The position numbers and the translations under genes were made by a program. The notes beneath the pieces were generated by a model. That model saw only the letters and a program-made list of their open reading frames with translations, was not told where the DNA came from and searched no databases. DNA of 63,338 nt, filler included, from Actinomycetota bacterium (GTDB lineage: Bacteria; Actinomycetota; Actinomycetes; JAKEEW01): assembly GCA_046725875.1 (NCBI GenBank). It is 6 parts of 6 records of this genome, joined end to end, with 100 filler letters (N's around TTAATTAATTAA, not from the genome) between each part and the next. Parts side by side here need not be neighbours in the genome. Positions count along the whole stretch, not along the records: positions 27,272 to 36,254 come from JBKOZJ010000144.1; positions 36,355 to 48,776 come from JBKOZJ010000145.1; 4 more parts are not named here. One strand, given 5' to 3'. Shown in pieces: positions 31,509-41,312 of the stretch (within the stretch, counting starts at the first letter, position 1; each line of letters opens with the position of its first letter).

Positions 31509-32321
31509 CTACGGACCGACGAGGGGTTCGTCGAAGAGCAGAGAGTCGAGGCCTCTGCGGACGCCCGGCGCCTCATGGACCCGACGGATCGCGAGCAGTG
31601 TGCCCTGGACATAGGGCTCGGGGCTCTCGCCAGGATCGTGGCGCATTACCAGTCGTTCGCCCGGACCGGCGAAGACGATCTCCGTCGTGACGACGAAGCT
31701 CGGCAAGCGCACCGAGTGGATCCGCGTGCCGGCCACGTCTGTGCCGCGCGCCTCAGCCGGTCCGTGCAGCTCAGCGAGCGGCGCGGCCGGCTCCGGTATG
31801 CGCACCCGCGCGAGCGTCTCCGCGAGGTCACGGGAAGTACCGCTCGGCACATCGGGCTTACCCGCGCTGGCGTAGTCGACGATCTCCCAGTGGCTCAGAT
31901 GCTGCGCGGCGATTGCGGCCGCGCGACGCAGGACGGCGGCCATGATGGAGAAGTTGCCCGCCGCGATCACACCAACACCACTGTCGCGCGCGAGCTGGTC
32001 GAGCTCTTCGTAGTCGCTGGTAGTGAGCCCACTCGACCCGATGACGACATGAACGCCTGCCAGCACGGCAGACCAGGCGTGATCCTTCACTGCCGTCGCA
32101 CTGGTGTAGTCGACGAGCACATCGACGTCGACGGACGCCAGCGCCTCGGAGACGCTCGCGTAGATGAACCCGTCGCTTGTCGACCCGACCGCCGACAGCG
32201 GCCGGCCCGCAGCCGATCGCGACACCCCGCAGGTGAGCGACAGGTCGGCGGCCGCGTCAACCGCTGCGACGATTGGCGCAGCCGCCCACCCGGTTACCCC
32301 GGCAAGACAAACATTGACCAC
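31509..32321 (-). CDS. DapB-like reductase, non-canonical paralogue
   Basis: GVTGW, VLVDYT, VIGSSG, AGNFS, KPDVPSGT, IHSVRLP. Confidence 0.82.
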   Translation of the reverse strand: MVNVCLAGVTGWAAAPIVAAVDAAADLSLTCGVSRSAAGRPLSAVGSTSDGFIYASVSEALASVDVDVLVDYTSATAVKDHAWSAVLAGVHVVIGSSGLTTSDYEELDQLARDSGVGVIAAGNFSIMAAVLRRAAAIAAQHLSHWEIVDYASAGKPDVPSGTSRDLAETLARVRIPEPAAPLAELHGPAEARGTDVAGTRIHSVRLPSFVVTTEIVFAGPGERLVMRHDPGESPEPYVQGTLLAIRRVHEAPGVRRGLDSLLFDEPLVGP

Positions 32322-32391
32322 AGGGCACCTTAACGCCGGGAGCGGATGACTAATCGCTTGAAATTGCGTGCAATCCGTGCCGTTTGTAGAT

Positions 32392-32820
32392 TCAGAGGGC
32401 GTCGATCGCTCGGCGGAGAACAGCGACTGGATCGTAGAGAACACTACAGCCGTCGGAGAGAACGCGGGCGGTGCCGGAATCGAGCGGAACAGCAGCCCAC
32501 TCTGGACCGGTCACTCCCAGTTCCACGTACAGACCGCTCGTCAGCCGAACCCGCCGCTCGCTCACCGGTCCCCAACTCTGCGTGCGAGTCAATCGGGCTC
32601 CCGGGTCAAGACCGGAGATCCAGTCGATGCCACTCGTACGCAGATTCGGGTGGGTGGTGAGAAGTATCAGGTCGACGTCGCTGGCCATCCGAGGCCGGCC
32701 GTACGCGTACGACCCCACCAGGGCAAGCGCTTGCACGTCGGATTGCCGGGCCGCCCATCGGGTCACAAAGTGGATGACAGCAGCCGCTTGGCGTCTCCGT
32801 CCTTTCAATCGCGCGCTCAC
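32392..32820 (-). CDS. Small nucleotidyltransferase-domain protein
   Basis: LVGSYAYGRPRMASDVDLILL (GS..SDxD). Confidence 0.78.
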   Translation of the reverse strand: MSARLKGRRRQAAAVIHFVTRWAARQSDVQALALVGSYAYGRPRMASDVDLILLTTHPNLRTSGIDWISGLDPGARLTRTQSWGPVSERRVRLTSGLYVELGVTGPEWAAVPLDSGTARVLSDGCSVLYDPVAVLRRAIDAL

Positions 32821-32974
32821 GAACCCAGACTCGCAGGCCGGACGGGGCGTCCGAATGGCGGAGGTGTCGAGAGGTTCGATCCATTAGCCTTGCTGCCTGC
32901 CGAACGTTCGAGACTATTCGTCGCCCAGTGGTGAGATCCTCTAGAGACGCACGCGAGGAGCAGATGAGGACAAG

Positions 32975-33961
32975 ATGAAGGCGTTCGTCTTGCGGTCGTA
33001 CGGCTCACCCGACATCTTGTCGCTGACCGACATCGACAGACCTGAGCCGGGGTCCGACGAAGTGCTTGTGCGCATTCGCGCAACGTCTGTCAACCCGTAC
33101 GACTGGCACAACATGCGAGGCGAGCCGCGCGTCGCACGGCTGATGCCTGGGACCTTAGGGCTACGCAAGCCGAAGCTCAGCATCCTGGGCGCTGACATCA
33201 CGGGGGAAGTCGAGGCGGTCGGCAAGAACGTGACGGAGTTCAGTCCCGGCGATGAGGTCTACGGACTCCTCAAGCAGGGCGGCTTCGCTGAGTACGTTGG
33301 TGCCGGCGAAGCAGAGCTCGCACCAAAGCCGAGAAACCTATCCTTCGAGCAGTCGGCGGCAGTGCCAATGGCGGGAAACACCGCCGTTATCGCTCTGCGG
33401 GACGCGGGACGAGTCCAGGCCGGCCAGAAGGTCCTCATAAACGGGGCCTCGGGAGGTGTCGGCACCTTCGCCGTACAGATTGCTCGTGCATTCGGTGCGG
33501 AGGTAACCGGCGTCTGCAGCACGCGCAACGTCGAGCTGGTCCGGTCGATCGGTGCGAATGACGTCATCGACTACACCTTGGAGGACTTTACACAGAACGG
33601 GAAACGCTACGACCTTCTGCTGGATATCGCCGGGAGCCGGCCCGTCTGGGCCGCTCGGCGGGTGTTGACCGGCAACGGCGCGTACGTCGTCGTCGGTGGC
33701 CAGGCCGGGCGATGGCTGCAACCCGTCGGCCACATGGTCTCGGCGATGGCTATGTCGCCCGTCGTGTCTCAGCGAGTGGCCTACCCTGACGTGGCCAGCT
33801 ACAAGGGTTACAAGCAGAACCTGATAATGCTCGGCGAGCTCATCGAGGACGGCAAGGTCACACCGGTGGTCGACCGCATTTACTCATTTGAAGAGATCCC
33901 AGCGGCCGTCAGCTACCAGGAGCTGGGCCATACGCCGGGCAAGGTCGTCATCACTATCTGA
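32975..33961 (+). CDS. NAD(P)-dependent MDR oxidoreductase (quinone reductase-like)
   Basis: SVNPYD, LINGASGGVG, GKVVI. Confidence 0.92.
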   Translation: MKAFVLRSYGSPDILSLTDIDRPEPGSDEVLVRIRATSVNPYDWHNMRGEPRVARLMPGTLGLRKPKLSILGADITGEVEAVGKNVTEFSPGDEVYGLLKQGGFAEYVGAGEAELAPKPRNLSFEQSAAVPMAGNTAVIALRDAGRVQAGQKVLINGASGGVGTFAVQIARAFGAEVTGVCSTRNVELVRSIGANDVIDYTLEDFTQNGKRYDLLLDIAGSRPVWAARRVLTGNGAYVVVGGQAGRWLQPVGHMVSAMAMSPVVSQRVAYPDVASYKGYKQNLIMLGELIEDGKVTPVVDRIYSFEEIPAAVSYQELGHTPGKVVITI

Positions 33962-34023
33962 CTCGGCTCGGCTGGCCGCCGCGCGGCGGGGCCGTGCTCC
34001 CGCCGGACTGCGGCAACCAACGG

Positions 34024-34455
34024 TCAGGCTGGGGGATGAGTGCGGAGCCAGGCTGCCGCTCGGGTCGGGGACGTACGAGACAGCCATGCGTCCTGGATCA
34101 CCTCGGCCAGCTCCCGATGGGTGATCTCGCCGATCCGGCTGGCTCGCAGTAGCGCGGACAAGTGGCCGTCAAAATGCGGAGTTGTGAAGAAGGGCGAAGT
34201 CTCGTCCTGGACCAGAGCCTGCTTGTCCGCCTCGGAAGCAACCCAGAAAACGATCACGTCTTGATAGCGCTCCCCTGTCTCAGGGTCGAAAGCATCAGGC
34301 CGCGGATTCCGGAAGAAGATGAACGACCTCCGGCCTACCTGGTAGACGGGGTTGCCGCCGGGTCCGTACTCGACGGTGACGTATGGCATCGCCATCGCCA
34401 GCTCATGCACGTCCTCGACCCGCGCAGGCCGGCCCCCGTCGCCTGGCACGGCCAC
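34024..34455 (-). CDS. MmcQ/YjbR-family protein
   Basis: VYQVGRRSF, FFTTPHFDGH, ELAEVIQDAW. Confidence 0.8.
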   Translation of the reverse strand: MAVPGDGGRPARVEDVHELAMAMPYVTVEYGPGGNPVYQVGRRSFIFFRNPRPDAFDPETGERYQDVIVFWVASEADKQALVQDETSPFFTTPHFDGHLSALLRASRIGEITHRELAEVIQDAWLSRTSPTRAAAWLRTHPPA

Positions 34456-34575
34456 AGCATATGGGGTGAAGCAGGATGGCCTGGGTCAGTGACCAGTGTT
34501 GGCGCCGCATCTGCCGTTCGCGTCCCCTTGTGCGAGGCTCATTCCTACGTCAAGCCCCAGTACCGGAGAGCGATC

Positions 34576-35304
34576 ATGACGCATGCTGGAATCCTCGCCC
34601 ATAGCGCCGAGGGTGCCGCGCTTTGCTTCCGGACGTTCTGCCAGGAGGGATTTCGTCGGCTCGGCCCGCACGAGCACCCGGATGTGACTCTCGACTGCAT
34701 CGCGTTGGCCCGGAGCATGTCGGCCTGGGAGAGCGGTGACCATGCCATGATCCGGAACACGCTCGCCCTTAGCGTGCGGCGGCTCGCGGCGGCCGGCGCC
34801 GATTTCTTCGTCTGTCCGGACAACACCGCGCACATGGCACTCGAACTGCCCGGCACCGATCTGGCGATCCCGGGTCTGCACATCGCCGAGGTTGTCGCCG
34901 AACGTGCCGCCCGCCACGGCTACCGGCGGATCGGTGTACTCGGCACGAAGTACCTCATGGATGGCCCGATCTATCCGCGCGTGCTCGCCAGCCGCGGGAT
35001 CGCCGTCGAGGTTCCGGACCAGGACGACCGCCGGACCGTCAGCCAGATCATCTTCGACGAGCTCGTCAACGGCGTGATCACGGATAGCTCGCGCAAGACG
35101 TATATCCAGATCATCGACAGGCTGTCCGCTTGCGGCTGTGATGCGGTTGCTCTCGTCTGTACTGAGATCCCGCTCCTCGTGACGCCCGACATATCTCCGT
35201 TGCCCACCCTCGACTCGACCCGCCTGCTGGCTCGTGCCGCGGTCGAGGTCGCGATCGGGGCGCGGCCGATGCCGACCTGGCGGGGCGGGCCGGTATCGCC
35301 CTGA
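34576..35304 (+). CDS. Aspartate/glutamate racemase family protein
   Basis: CPDNTAH, GVLGT, LVCTEIPLL, LDSTRLLA. Confidence 0.88.
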   Translation: MTHAGILAHSAEGAALCFRTFCQEGFRRLGPHEHPDVTLDCIALARSMSAWESGDHAMIRNTLALSVRRLAAAGADFFVCPDNTAHMALELPGTDLAIPGLHIAEVVAERAARHGYRRIGVLGTKYLMDGPIYPRVLASRGIAVEVPDQDDRRTVSQIIFDELVNGVITDSSRKTYIQIIDRLSACGCDAVALVCTEIPLLVTPDISPLPTLDSTRLLARAAVEVAIGARPMPTWRGGPVSP

Positions 35305-35395
35305 GGTCCGCCCCCCGGTGGCCAAGCCTGGTTCCGTTAGGCATTCGACGAGAGGAACATGAGCCGAAGCGAATCGCGACGTTGTGGGAGTTCTC

Positions 35396-35911
35396 ATGGA
35401 GACCTGGGACGCGATCAGGGCGCGCCGCGACGTGCGGGCCTACCAGGAGCGGCCGATAGCTCGCCAGGATCTCGAGCAGATTCTGGAGGCGGGAAGACGA
35501 TCACCGTCGTCGTCGAACTGGCAGCCGTGGGACTTCGTGGTCGTCACCGAGCGGACTCAGCTCGAGGAACTGGCAAAGGCGTGGCGGCACGGCGGGCACG
35601 TGGCGACCTCGGCGGCGACGGTCGGCCTGGTCGCCGCGATTCCAACCGACGACCGGCATCGAAACTGGACGCAGTACGACCTCGGCCAGGCAACGATGTC
35701 GATGATGATTGCGGCGGCCGGATTGGGGATCGGCAGCGGGCACTCCGCGGTCGGCGACCAGGAGCAGGCACGCAAGGTTCTGGGCTTTCCCGACGACCGG
35801 TTCTGCGTCTACATGGTCGCCTTCGGCTACCCGGCCGACCGACCGCTGACACCGATCCAGCGGCCAAACCGGCGCCCCTTCGACAACGTCGTCCATTGGG
35901 AGCACTGGTAG
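35396..35911 (+). CDS. Nitroreductase family protein
   Basis: IRARRDVRAY, SPSSSNWQPW, YDLG, FGYPA. Confidence 0.9.
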   Translation: METWDAIRARRDVRAYQERPIARQDLEQILEAGRRSPSSSNWQPWDFVVVTERTQLEELAKAWRHGGHVATSAATVGLVAAIPTDDRHRNWTQYDLGQATMSMMIAAAGLGIGSGHSAVGDQEQARKVLGFPDDRFCVYMVAFGYPADRPLTPIQRPNRRPFDNVVHWEHW

Positions 35912-36029
35912 CCAACACGGCGGATTCTGGAAGACGGTCAACGGCCATCAGCGTCGACGGCGGCAGACGCATGCGCTGGACGTACCTCCCGCCGGGTCGC
36001 TGCGCCGGCAAAGCGCCTCGAGGGCTCGC

Positions 36030-36254
36030 CTATGCGGAATGCGTTCCCTGGGGCAGCGGGGGGAGAGGGCTTGGTACGGAGGTGCGCCAAGCCAGCTGGA
36101 CCCGGTGATGGATCAGTACCGAGGCGAGGAACGCCAGCGCGCCCGCAGTAACCGACAGCCAGAGCGCATCCTCGACGAGCAACGCCACCACGGCGCCAAC
36201 GAGCACGCCGAGGATCACGCTATTGATCACACTCACCATCCCGGCGACGGTAAG
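36030..36254 (-). CDS. C-terminus of a hypothetical membrane protein, 5'-partial
   Basis: Two hydrophobic helices in a frame running into the gap. Confidence 0.55.
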   Translation of the reverse strand, partial: LTVAGMVSVINSVILGVLVGAVVALLVEDALWLSVTAGALAFLASVLIHHRVQLAWRTSVPSPLPPLPQGTHSA

Positions 36255-36354
36255 NNNNNNNNNNNNNNNNNNNNNNNNNNNNNNNNNNNNNNNNNNNNTT
36301 AATTAATTAANNNNNNNNNNNNNNNNNNNNNNNNNNNNNNNNNNNNNNNNNNNN
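36255..36354. other. Artificial contig spacer
   Basis: N-run with TTAATTAATTAA. Confidence 0.99.
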
Positions 36355-36445
36355 CCTTACCGCAGTGCCGCCGCCACCCGCCGCCCTGGTCGATGGCGGT
36401 AGATCGCCGTCGCTCGTGGTGACCCAAGGCGGAGGAAGAGCGTTC

Positions 36446-37429
36446 CTAGCCGCTATCGCCGTCGAAGAGGCTCGTCACCGAACCGTCGTAGAAGACCTCG
36501 CTGATCGCCCGGGCGATCAACGGCGCGATCGAGAGCACCGTGAGCTTGTCGAACCGGCGCTCCTGCTCGATCGGGAGCGTGTTCGTCACGATGATTTCGC
36601 TGATCTTGGAGTTCTTCAGCCGATCGATCGCCGGACCGGAGAGAACGCCGTGGGTGGCTGCGACTATCACCTCGGCGCCCCCCGCTGCGAACAGCCCATC
36701 TGCCGCCTTGATGATCGTCCCGCCGGTGTCGATCATGTCGTCGACGACCAGACAGATCCGGCCCTCGACGTCACCGACGACCTTGTTCGCGACGACCTGG
36801 TTCGGAATGTTGGGGTCGCGACTCTTATGTATGAAGGCAAGCGGGCGGCCGCCCAGCCGGTCGGCCCACCGCTCGGCCATCCGCACCCGGCCGGAGTCAG
36901 GTGCCACGACCGTCACCGGGGAGGAGCCCAGCTTGGACTTCACGTAATCGGCGAGGATCGGCAGCGCGAAGAGGTGGTCAACCGGGCCGTCGAAGAAGCC
37001 TTGGATCTGCGACGTATGCAGGTCGACACAGATAAGCCGGTCGGCTCCTGACGTCTTGAACAGGTCGGCCATCAGTCGGGCCGAGATCGGCTCCCGGCCG
37101 CGGTGCTTCTTGTCCTGGCGCGCATAGCCGTAGAAGGGGGCCACCACAGTGATCCGCTTGGCCGACGCCCGCTTCAGCGCATCGACCATGATCAGATGCT
37201 CCATGATCCACTTGTTGATCGGCGAGGTGTGGCTCTGCAAGACGAATGCGTCCGACCCCCGGGCGGACTCCTCGAACCTGACGTAGACCTCGCCATTCGC
37301 GAACTCGTACGCGCTCGTCGGGGTCGGCACGATGCCAAGATGGCTGGCGATCTCTTCGGCCAGCTCAGGATGTGCCCGGCCGGCAAAGAGCAAGAGCTGC
37401 TTCTCGCCGGTTGTCTTGATGCCGCTCAT
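36446..37429 (-). CDS. prs: Ribose-phosphate pyrophosphokinase
   Basis: FANGE, YGYARQDKK, DLHTSQIQGFF, VDDMIDTGGT. Confidence 0.98.
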   Translation of the reverse strand: MSGIKTTGEKQLLLFAGRAHPELAEEIASHLGIVPTPTSAYEFANGEVYVRFEESARGSDAFVLQSHTSPINKWIMEHLIMVDALKRASAKRITVVAPFYGYARQDKKHRGREPISARLMADLFKTSGADRLICVDLHTSQIQGFFDGPVDHLFALPILADYVKSKLGSSPVTVVAPDSGRVRMAERWADRLGGRPLAFIHKSRDPNIPNQVVANKVVGDVEGRICLVVDDMIDTGGTIIKAADGLFAAGGAEVIVAATHGVLSGPAIDRLKNSKISEIIVTNTLPIEQERRFDKLTVLSIAPLIARAISEVFYDGSVTSLFDGDSG

Positions 37430-37449
37430 CGCGCTTCCCTTTGCTCGCC

Positions 37450-38964
37450 TCACTGGTCGCCGCCGACTCCGCGCTCAGTCTCACCGGGAGCCTCAGCTCG
37501 CGGCTCGGAATCGGCCGACGCGTCCTGCCTACTGCCAGTCTGGCCGAGTGCGGCCGCGGCTGCATCCGCTGACGGTGTTCCCGGGCGCTTGCGCTGTACC
37601 CATCCCTCGAGGTTGCGTTGCGGCGCCACGTTCACGGCGAGCGCGCCTGGCGGCACGTCCTGGCGTACGACGGTGCCGGCTCCGGTATAGGCGCCATCCC
37701 CTACCGTCACGGGTGCGACGAACATGTTGTCCGAGCCGGTCCGGGCATGGCTGCCGATCGTGGTTCGGTGCTTCGCGACTCCGTCGTAGTTGACGAAGAC
37801 GGTGGCCGCGCCGATGTTCGTGTGTTCGCCGATAGTCGCGTCGCCGACGTAACTCAAGTGCGGCACCTTGGTGCCATCGCCGATCTCGGAGTTCTTGACC
37901 TCGACATAGGTGCCCACCTTCGCGCCGCGGGCGAGCTTGGCGCCAGGGCGGAGATAGGCATACGGTCCCACGCTCGCCTCCGGCCCGATCTCGGCACCGA
38001 CGCAGACTGCATAGGTCACGGTCGCCGCATCGCCCACAGACGTGTCCCGGAGGGTCGTATCGGGGCCGACCTGCGCGCCATGGCCGACCGTCGTGCTGCC
38101 CTCGATCCGGGTTCCGGGATGAATCACCGTGTCGGCCGCGATACGTACACCGACGTCGATCCACGTGGTTGCAGGATCGATGACCGTCACGCCGTCCCGC
38201 ATCGCCTGGACCAGGAGTCGGTCGTTCATCAAGCGCCGGATCTGCGCCAGTTGTACGCGGTCGTTGACGCCGACCGTCTGATCCGGGTCTGGCGCGGCGA
38301 ACGTCCCGACCCGGTGGCCGTCGCGGTCCAGCAGGCCGATGACATCGGTGAGGTATTCCTCGCCTTGGGCGTTGTCGGTCGTCAGACGGCCGAGCGCTTC
38401 ATGGAGCAGCTTGGCGTCGAATGCATAGATTCCCGAGTTGATCTCGTTGATCTGGCGCTCCTCGACGGTCGCGTCGCGGACCTCCACGATGCCGGCCAGT
38501 TCGCCGTTTTTATCGCGGACGATCCGGCCGAGGTCGCCAGGATCGCTGAAAACGGCCGTGAGCACGGTGGCCGCGTTGGCTTCGTTGGCTTGTACGGCGA
38601 GGAGCGCACGCAGGGTTTCGGCGTTCAGCAACGGTACGTCGCCATACGTCACGACGACGGTGCCTTCAAGTGAGCTGATGCCGTCGAGCGCGATCCGGAC
38701 CGCGTGGCCGGTGCCGTTCTGCTCCTCCTGGACCACGATGTCGGCAGCGGGAAAGGCCGCCTCGAGGTATGGCGTGACCTGTTCGCGGCCATGTCCGACC
38801 ACAACGACAAGATGGCCTGGATCGAGCGCTGCCGCGGCCGCCACCGCATGGCCGACCAGGGGGCGGCCGCACACCGTGTGCATGACTTTTGTGGTCGCAG
38901 ACTTCATCCGGATGCCCTCGCCGGCCGCAAGGACGACGACGGCAGCCGGTCTATGGGCACTCAC
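37450..38964 (-). CDS. glmU: Bifunctional GlmU
   Basis: LAAGEGIRMKS, EINSGIY, NAQGEEYLTD, hexapeptide repeats, HLSYVGD; GTG after GAGGAG. Confidence 0.97.
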   Translation of the reverse strand: MSAHRPAAVVVLAAGEGIRMKSATTKVMHTVCGRPLVGHAVAAAAALDPGHLVVVVGHGREQVTPYLEAAFPAADIVVQEEQNGTGHAVRIALDGISSLEGTVVVTYGDVPLLNAETLRALLAVQANEANAATVLTAVFSDPGDLGRIVRDKNGELAGIVEVRDATVEERQINEINSGIYAFDAKLLHEALGRLTTDNAQGEEYLTDVIGLLDRDGHRVGTFAAPDPDQTVGVNDRVQLAQIRRLMNDRLLVQAMRDGVTVIDPATTWIDVGVRIAADTVIHPGTRIEGSTTVGHGAQVGPDTTLRDTSVGDAATVTYAVCVGAEIGPEASVGPYAYLRPGAKLARGAKVGTYVEVKNSEIGDGTKVPHLSYVGDATIGEHTNIGAATVFVNYDGVAKHRTTIGSHARTGSDNMFVAPVTVGDGAYTGAGTVVRQDVPPGALAVNVAPQRNLEGWVQRKRPGTPSADAAAAALGQTGSRQDASADSEPRAEAPGETERGVGGDQ

Positions 38965-39144
38965 GTTTCGGGGCTCCTCGGCATCAGCGGCGGGGGCGTT
39001 CACTCGCTCCGCGTCTGGTCATCGCGCGCAGGACACGGATCGATCGGCGTCCTCCGAGCACTGTCGCGAGGATACCCAGCATTCCTAAGCCCACCCTGAT
39101 CCGCACGCACCCCCCGGGGCCTCAGTCGGGAAGACTTCCTGGAA

Positions 39145-39216
39145 GCTCCCGGCGGAGGATTCGAACCCCCATACACGGCACCAAAAGCCGTTGTCCTGCC
39201 ATTAGACGAGCCGGGA
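39145..39216 (-). tRNA. tRNA-Gln (TTG)
   Basis: Acceptor TCCCGGC/GCCGGGA, anticodon arm ACGGC-TTTTGGT-GCCGT, T-loop GGTTCGAATCC; CCA not encoded; upstream of glmU. Confidence 0.95.
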
Positions 39217-39414
39217 TCGGACTTCGCTGTCCTAGTGTCGCGACACTAGCCTACAAGATCGGATTCCAGCGACGGCCTCGCGCCATTGGACACCGAAGGA
39301 CTTGAGGATGGAGCGGAATCGACGGCACCAGCTGGGTGAGCTCGCCGGACCGACCGGGATCGGACGGTGCCCGCCGGGGATCTAGGCATAGTCCGGCAGG
39401 GAGAGGGTTGATTT

Positions 39415-39447
39415 ACCTACGGGAAGGTAGGTTACGGTGTCGTAGCC
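39415..39447. promoter_or_regulatory. Tandem palindromic operators upstream of the desaturase
   Basis: ACCTAC-N6-GTAGGT overlapping GGTTAC-N6-GTAGCC. Confidence 0.55.
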
Positions 39448-39477
39448 GTAGGTCGTCCCCAGCAGTGAGGAGCCCGC

Positions 39478-40431
39478 ATGACTCCCCCTACCGCGACCCT
39501 TGAAGCACCGCCGCTCGTCCACGAGCCTCAAGGCACCCTCGGTGCCGACCAGAAGAAGACCGCCGAGCAGATCACGCTAGGGCTGTTCATCGGGGTTCCG
39601 TTCCTCGCCCTGCTCGCCGCGATCCCGATCGCCTGGGGCTGGGGTCTCGGCTGGCACGAGGTGGTCATTGCCGTCGTGATGTACGCGATCTCCGGCCACG
39701 GCATCAGCGTCGGCTTCCACCGATACTTCACCCACGGCGCCTTCAAGGCCAAGAAACCGCTGCGGGTCGCGCTGGCGATCGCCGGGTCTCTGGCGATCGA
39801 GGGGCCGGTCATCCGCTGGGTCTCGGACCATCGGAAGCACCACAAGTTCTCCGACCGAGACGGTGACCCGCACTCGCCGTGGCGCTACGGCGAGACCATC
39901 CCGGCCCTGGTCAAGGGCCTCCTCTACGCCCACATGGGCTGGATGTTCGACGTCGAGCAGACGCCGCAGCGGCAGTACGCCCCGGACCTGCTCAAGGACA
40001 AGGCGATCGTGCGGGTGAGCCGGTTGTTCGCGTTTTGGGCGGTGGTCAGCCTCCTGCTCCCGCCGCTGGTCGGCGGCCTGTGGTCGATGTCCTGGCAGGG
40101 TGCGGTGTCGGCATTCTTCTGGGCCAGCCTGGTCCGGGTCGGCCTGCTGCACCACGTGACTTGGTCGATCAACTCGATCTGCCATGCGGTAGGTGAGCGG
40201 CCATTCAAGTCCCGCGACAAGTCCGGTAACGTGTGGTGGCTCGCCGTACTCTCCATGGGCGAGTCGTGGCACAACCTGCACCACGCCGACCCCACCTGCG
40301 CCAGGCACGGAGTCCTGCGCGGCCAGGTGGACAGCTCCGCCCGGGTGATCCAATTCCTCGAGAAGGCCGGCTGGGCCTACGACGTGCGGTGGCCTTCTCC
40401 CGAGCGGATCGCCGCCAAGCGCGTCGCCTAG
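39478..40431 (+). CDS. Delta-9 acyl-CoA/acyl-lipid desaturase
   Basis: His boxes HRYFTH, HRKHH, HNLHH. Confidence 0.94.
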   Translation: MTPPTATLEAPPLVHEPQGTLGADQKKTAEQITLGLFIGVPFLALLAAIPIAWGWGLGWHEVVIAVVMYAISGHGISVGFHRYFTHGAFKAKKPLRVALAIAGSLAIEGPVIRWVSDHRKHHKFSDRDGDPHSPWRYGETIPALVKGLLYAHMGWMFDVEQTPQRQYAPDLLKDKAIVRVSRLFAFWAVVSLLLPPLVGGLWSMSWQGAVSAFFWASLVRVGLLHHVTWSINSICHAVGERPFKSRDKSGNVWWLAVLSMGESWHNLHHADPTCARHGVLRGQVDSSARVIQFLEKAGWAYDVRWPSPERIAAKRVA

Positions 40432-40482
40432 ACACCCCACGAAGTTTTGGAAGCTTCGCTCCAAAACTTTGCGGGGGACCCC
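40431..40482 (+). repeat. Palindromic intergenic repeat, copy 1
   Basis: CCCCACGAAGTTTTGGA-loop-TCCAAAACTTTGCGGGG hairpin; similar copy at 41212-41260. Confidence 0.7.
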
Positions 40483-40559
40483 GCCCTTATGGCTGACCTC
40501 CGTAACACATGGCAGACCCAGCTGGCGGGACGACATGCTCGGGAGCGGATGATGGTGCG

Positions 40560-41213
40560 GTGAGCCAGTTCGGGGACCGACCGCCGCGCGTCGCCGAGAG
40601 CCGCGTCGCCAGGGTAAGGATGACCGGCCAACAGCGGCGGGAGCAGCTCATCGACATCGGCCGCAGGCTGTTTGCCGAGCGCGGCTTCGAAGGCACCTCG
40701 GTCGAGGAGATCGCTGCCAAGGCCGGCGTCTCCAAGCCGGTCGTGTATGAGCACTTCGGCGGGAAAGAGGGCCTCTACGCGGTCGTCGTCGACCGGGAGA
40801 TGCAGCAATTGCTCGACATGGTGACAGGTGCATTGACCGGCGGCCACCCGCGCGAACTGCTCGAGCAGGCTGCCTTCGCACTGCTCGACTACATCGAGCA
40901 GTCAACCGACGGTTTCCGCATCCTGGTCCGCGACTCACCGGTGGCCCAGTCCACCGGTTCGTTTGCGTCGCTGATCTCCGACATCGCCACCCAGGTCGAG
41001 CACATCCTGGTCGCCGAGTTCAGGCAGCGTGGGTACGACCCGAAGCACGCACCGCTCTATTCGCAGATGCTCGTCGGTATGGTCGCCCTCACCGGGCAGT
41101 GGTGGCTCGACGTACGCAAGCCGCGCAAGGCCGACGTCGCCGCGCACCTGGTCAACCTCGCCTGGAACGGCCTTTCCGGCCTCGAGCACAAGCCTCAGCT
41201 CGTCACCCGTTGA
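40560..41213 (+). CDS. TetR-family regulator
   Basis: RMTGQQRREQL, GVSKPVVYEHFGGKEGLY. Confidence 0.93.
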   Translation: MSQFGDRPPRVAESRVARVRMTGQQRREQLIDIGRRLFAERGFEGTSVEEIAAKAGVSKPVVYEHFGGKEGLYAVVVDREMQQLLDMVTGALTGGHPRELLEQAAFALLDYIEQSTDGFRILVRDSPVAQSTGSFASLISDIATQVEHILVAEFRQRGYDPKHAPLYSQMLVGMVALTGQWWLDVRKPRKADVAAHLVNLAWNGLSGLEHKPQLVTR

Positions 41214-41260
41214 CACCCTATGAAGTTTGATCGCTTCATTCCAAAGCTTCGCGGGATCCC
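41212..41260 (+). repeat. Palindromic intergenic repeat, copy 2 (degenerate)
   Basis: GACACCCTATGAAGTTTGATCGCTTCATTCCAAAGCTTCGCGGGATCCC. Confidence 0.65.
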
Positions 41261-41312
41261 GCCCTCACCGCTGCGAGCCACCGGCCCGTGCATGGGCCCC
41301 GGTCGCTCGTCC

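Noticed and set aside
39145..39470. tRNA-Gln as an integration site
   Set aside because: No duplicated tRNA 3' end or integrase; flanked by ordinary genes
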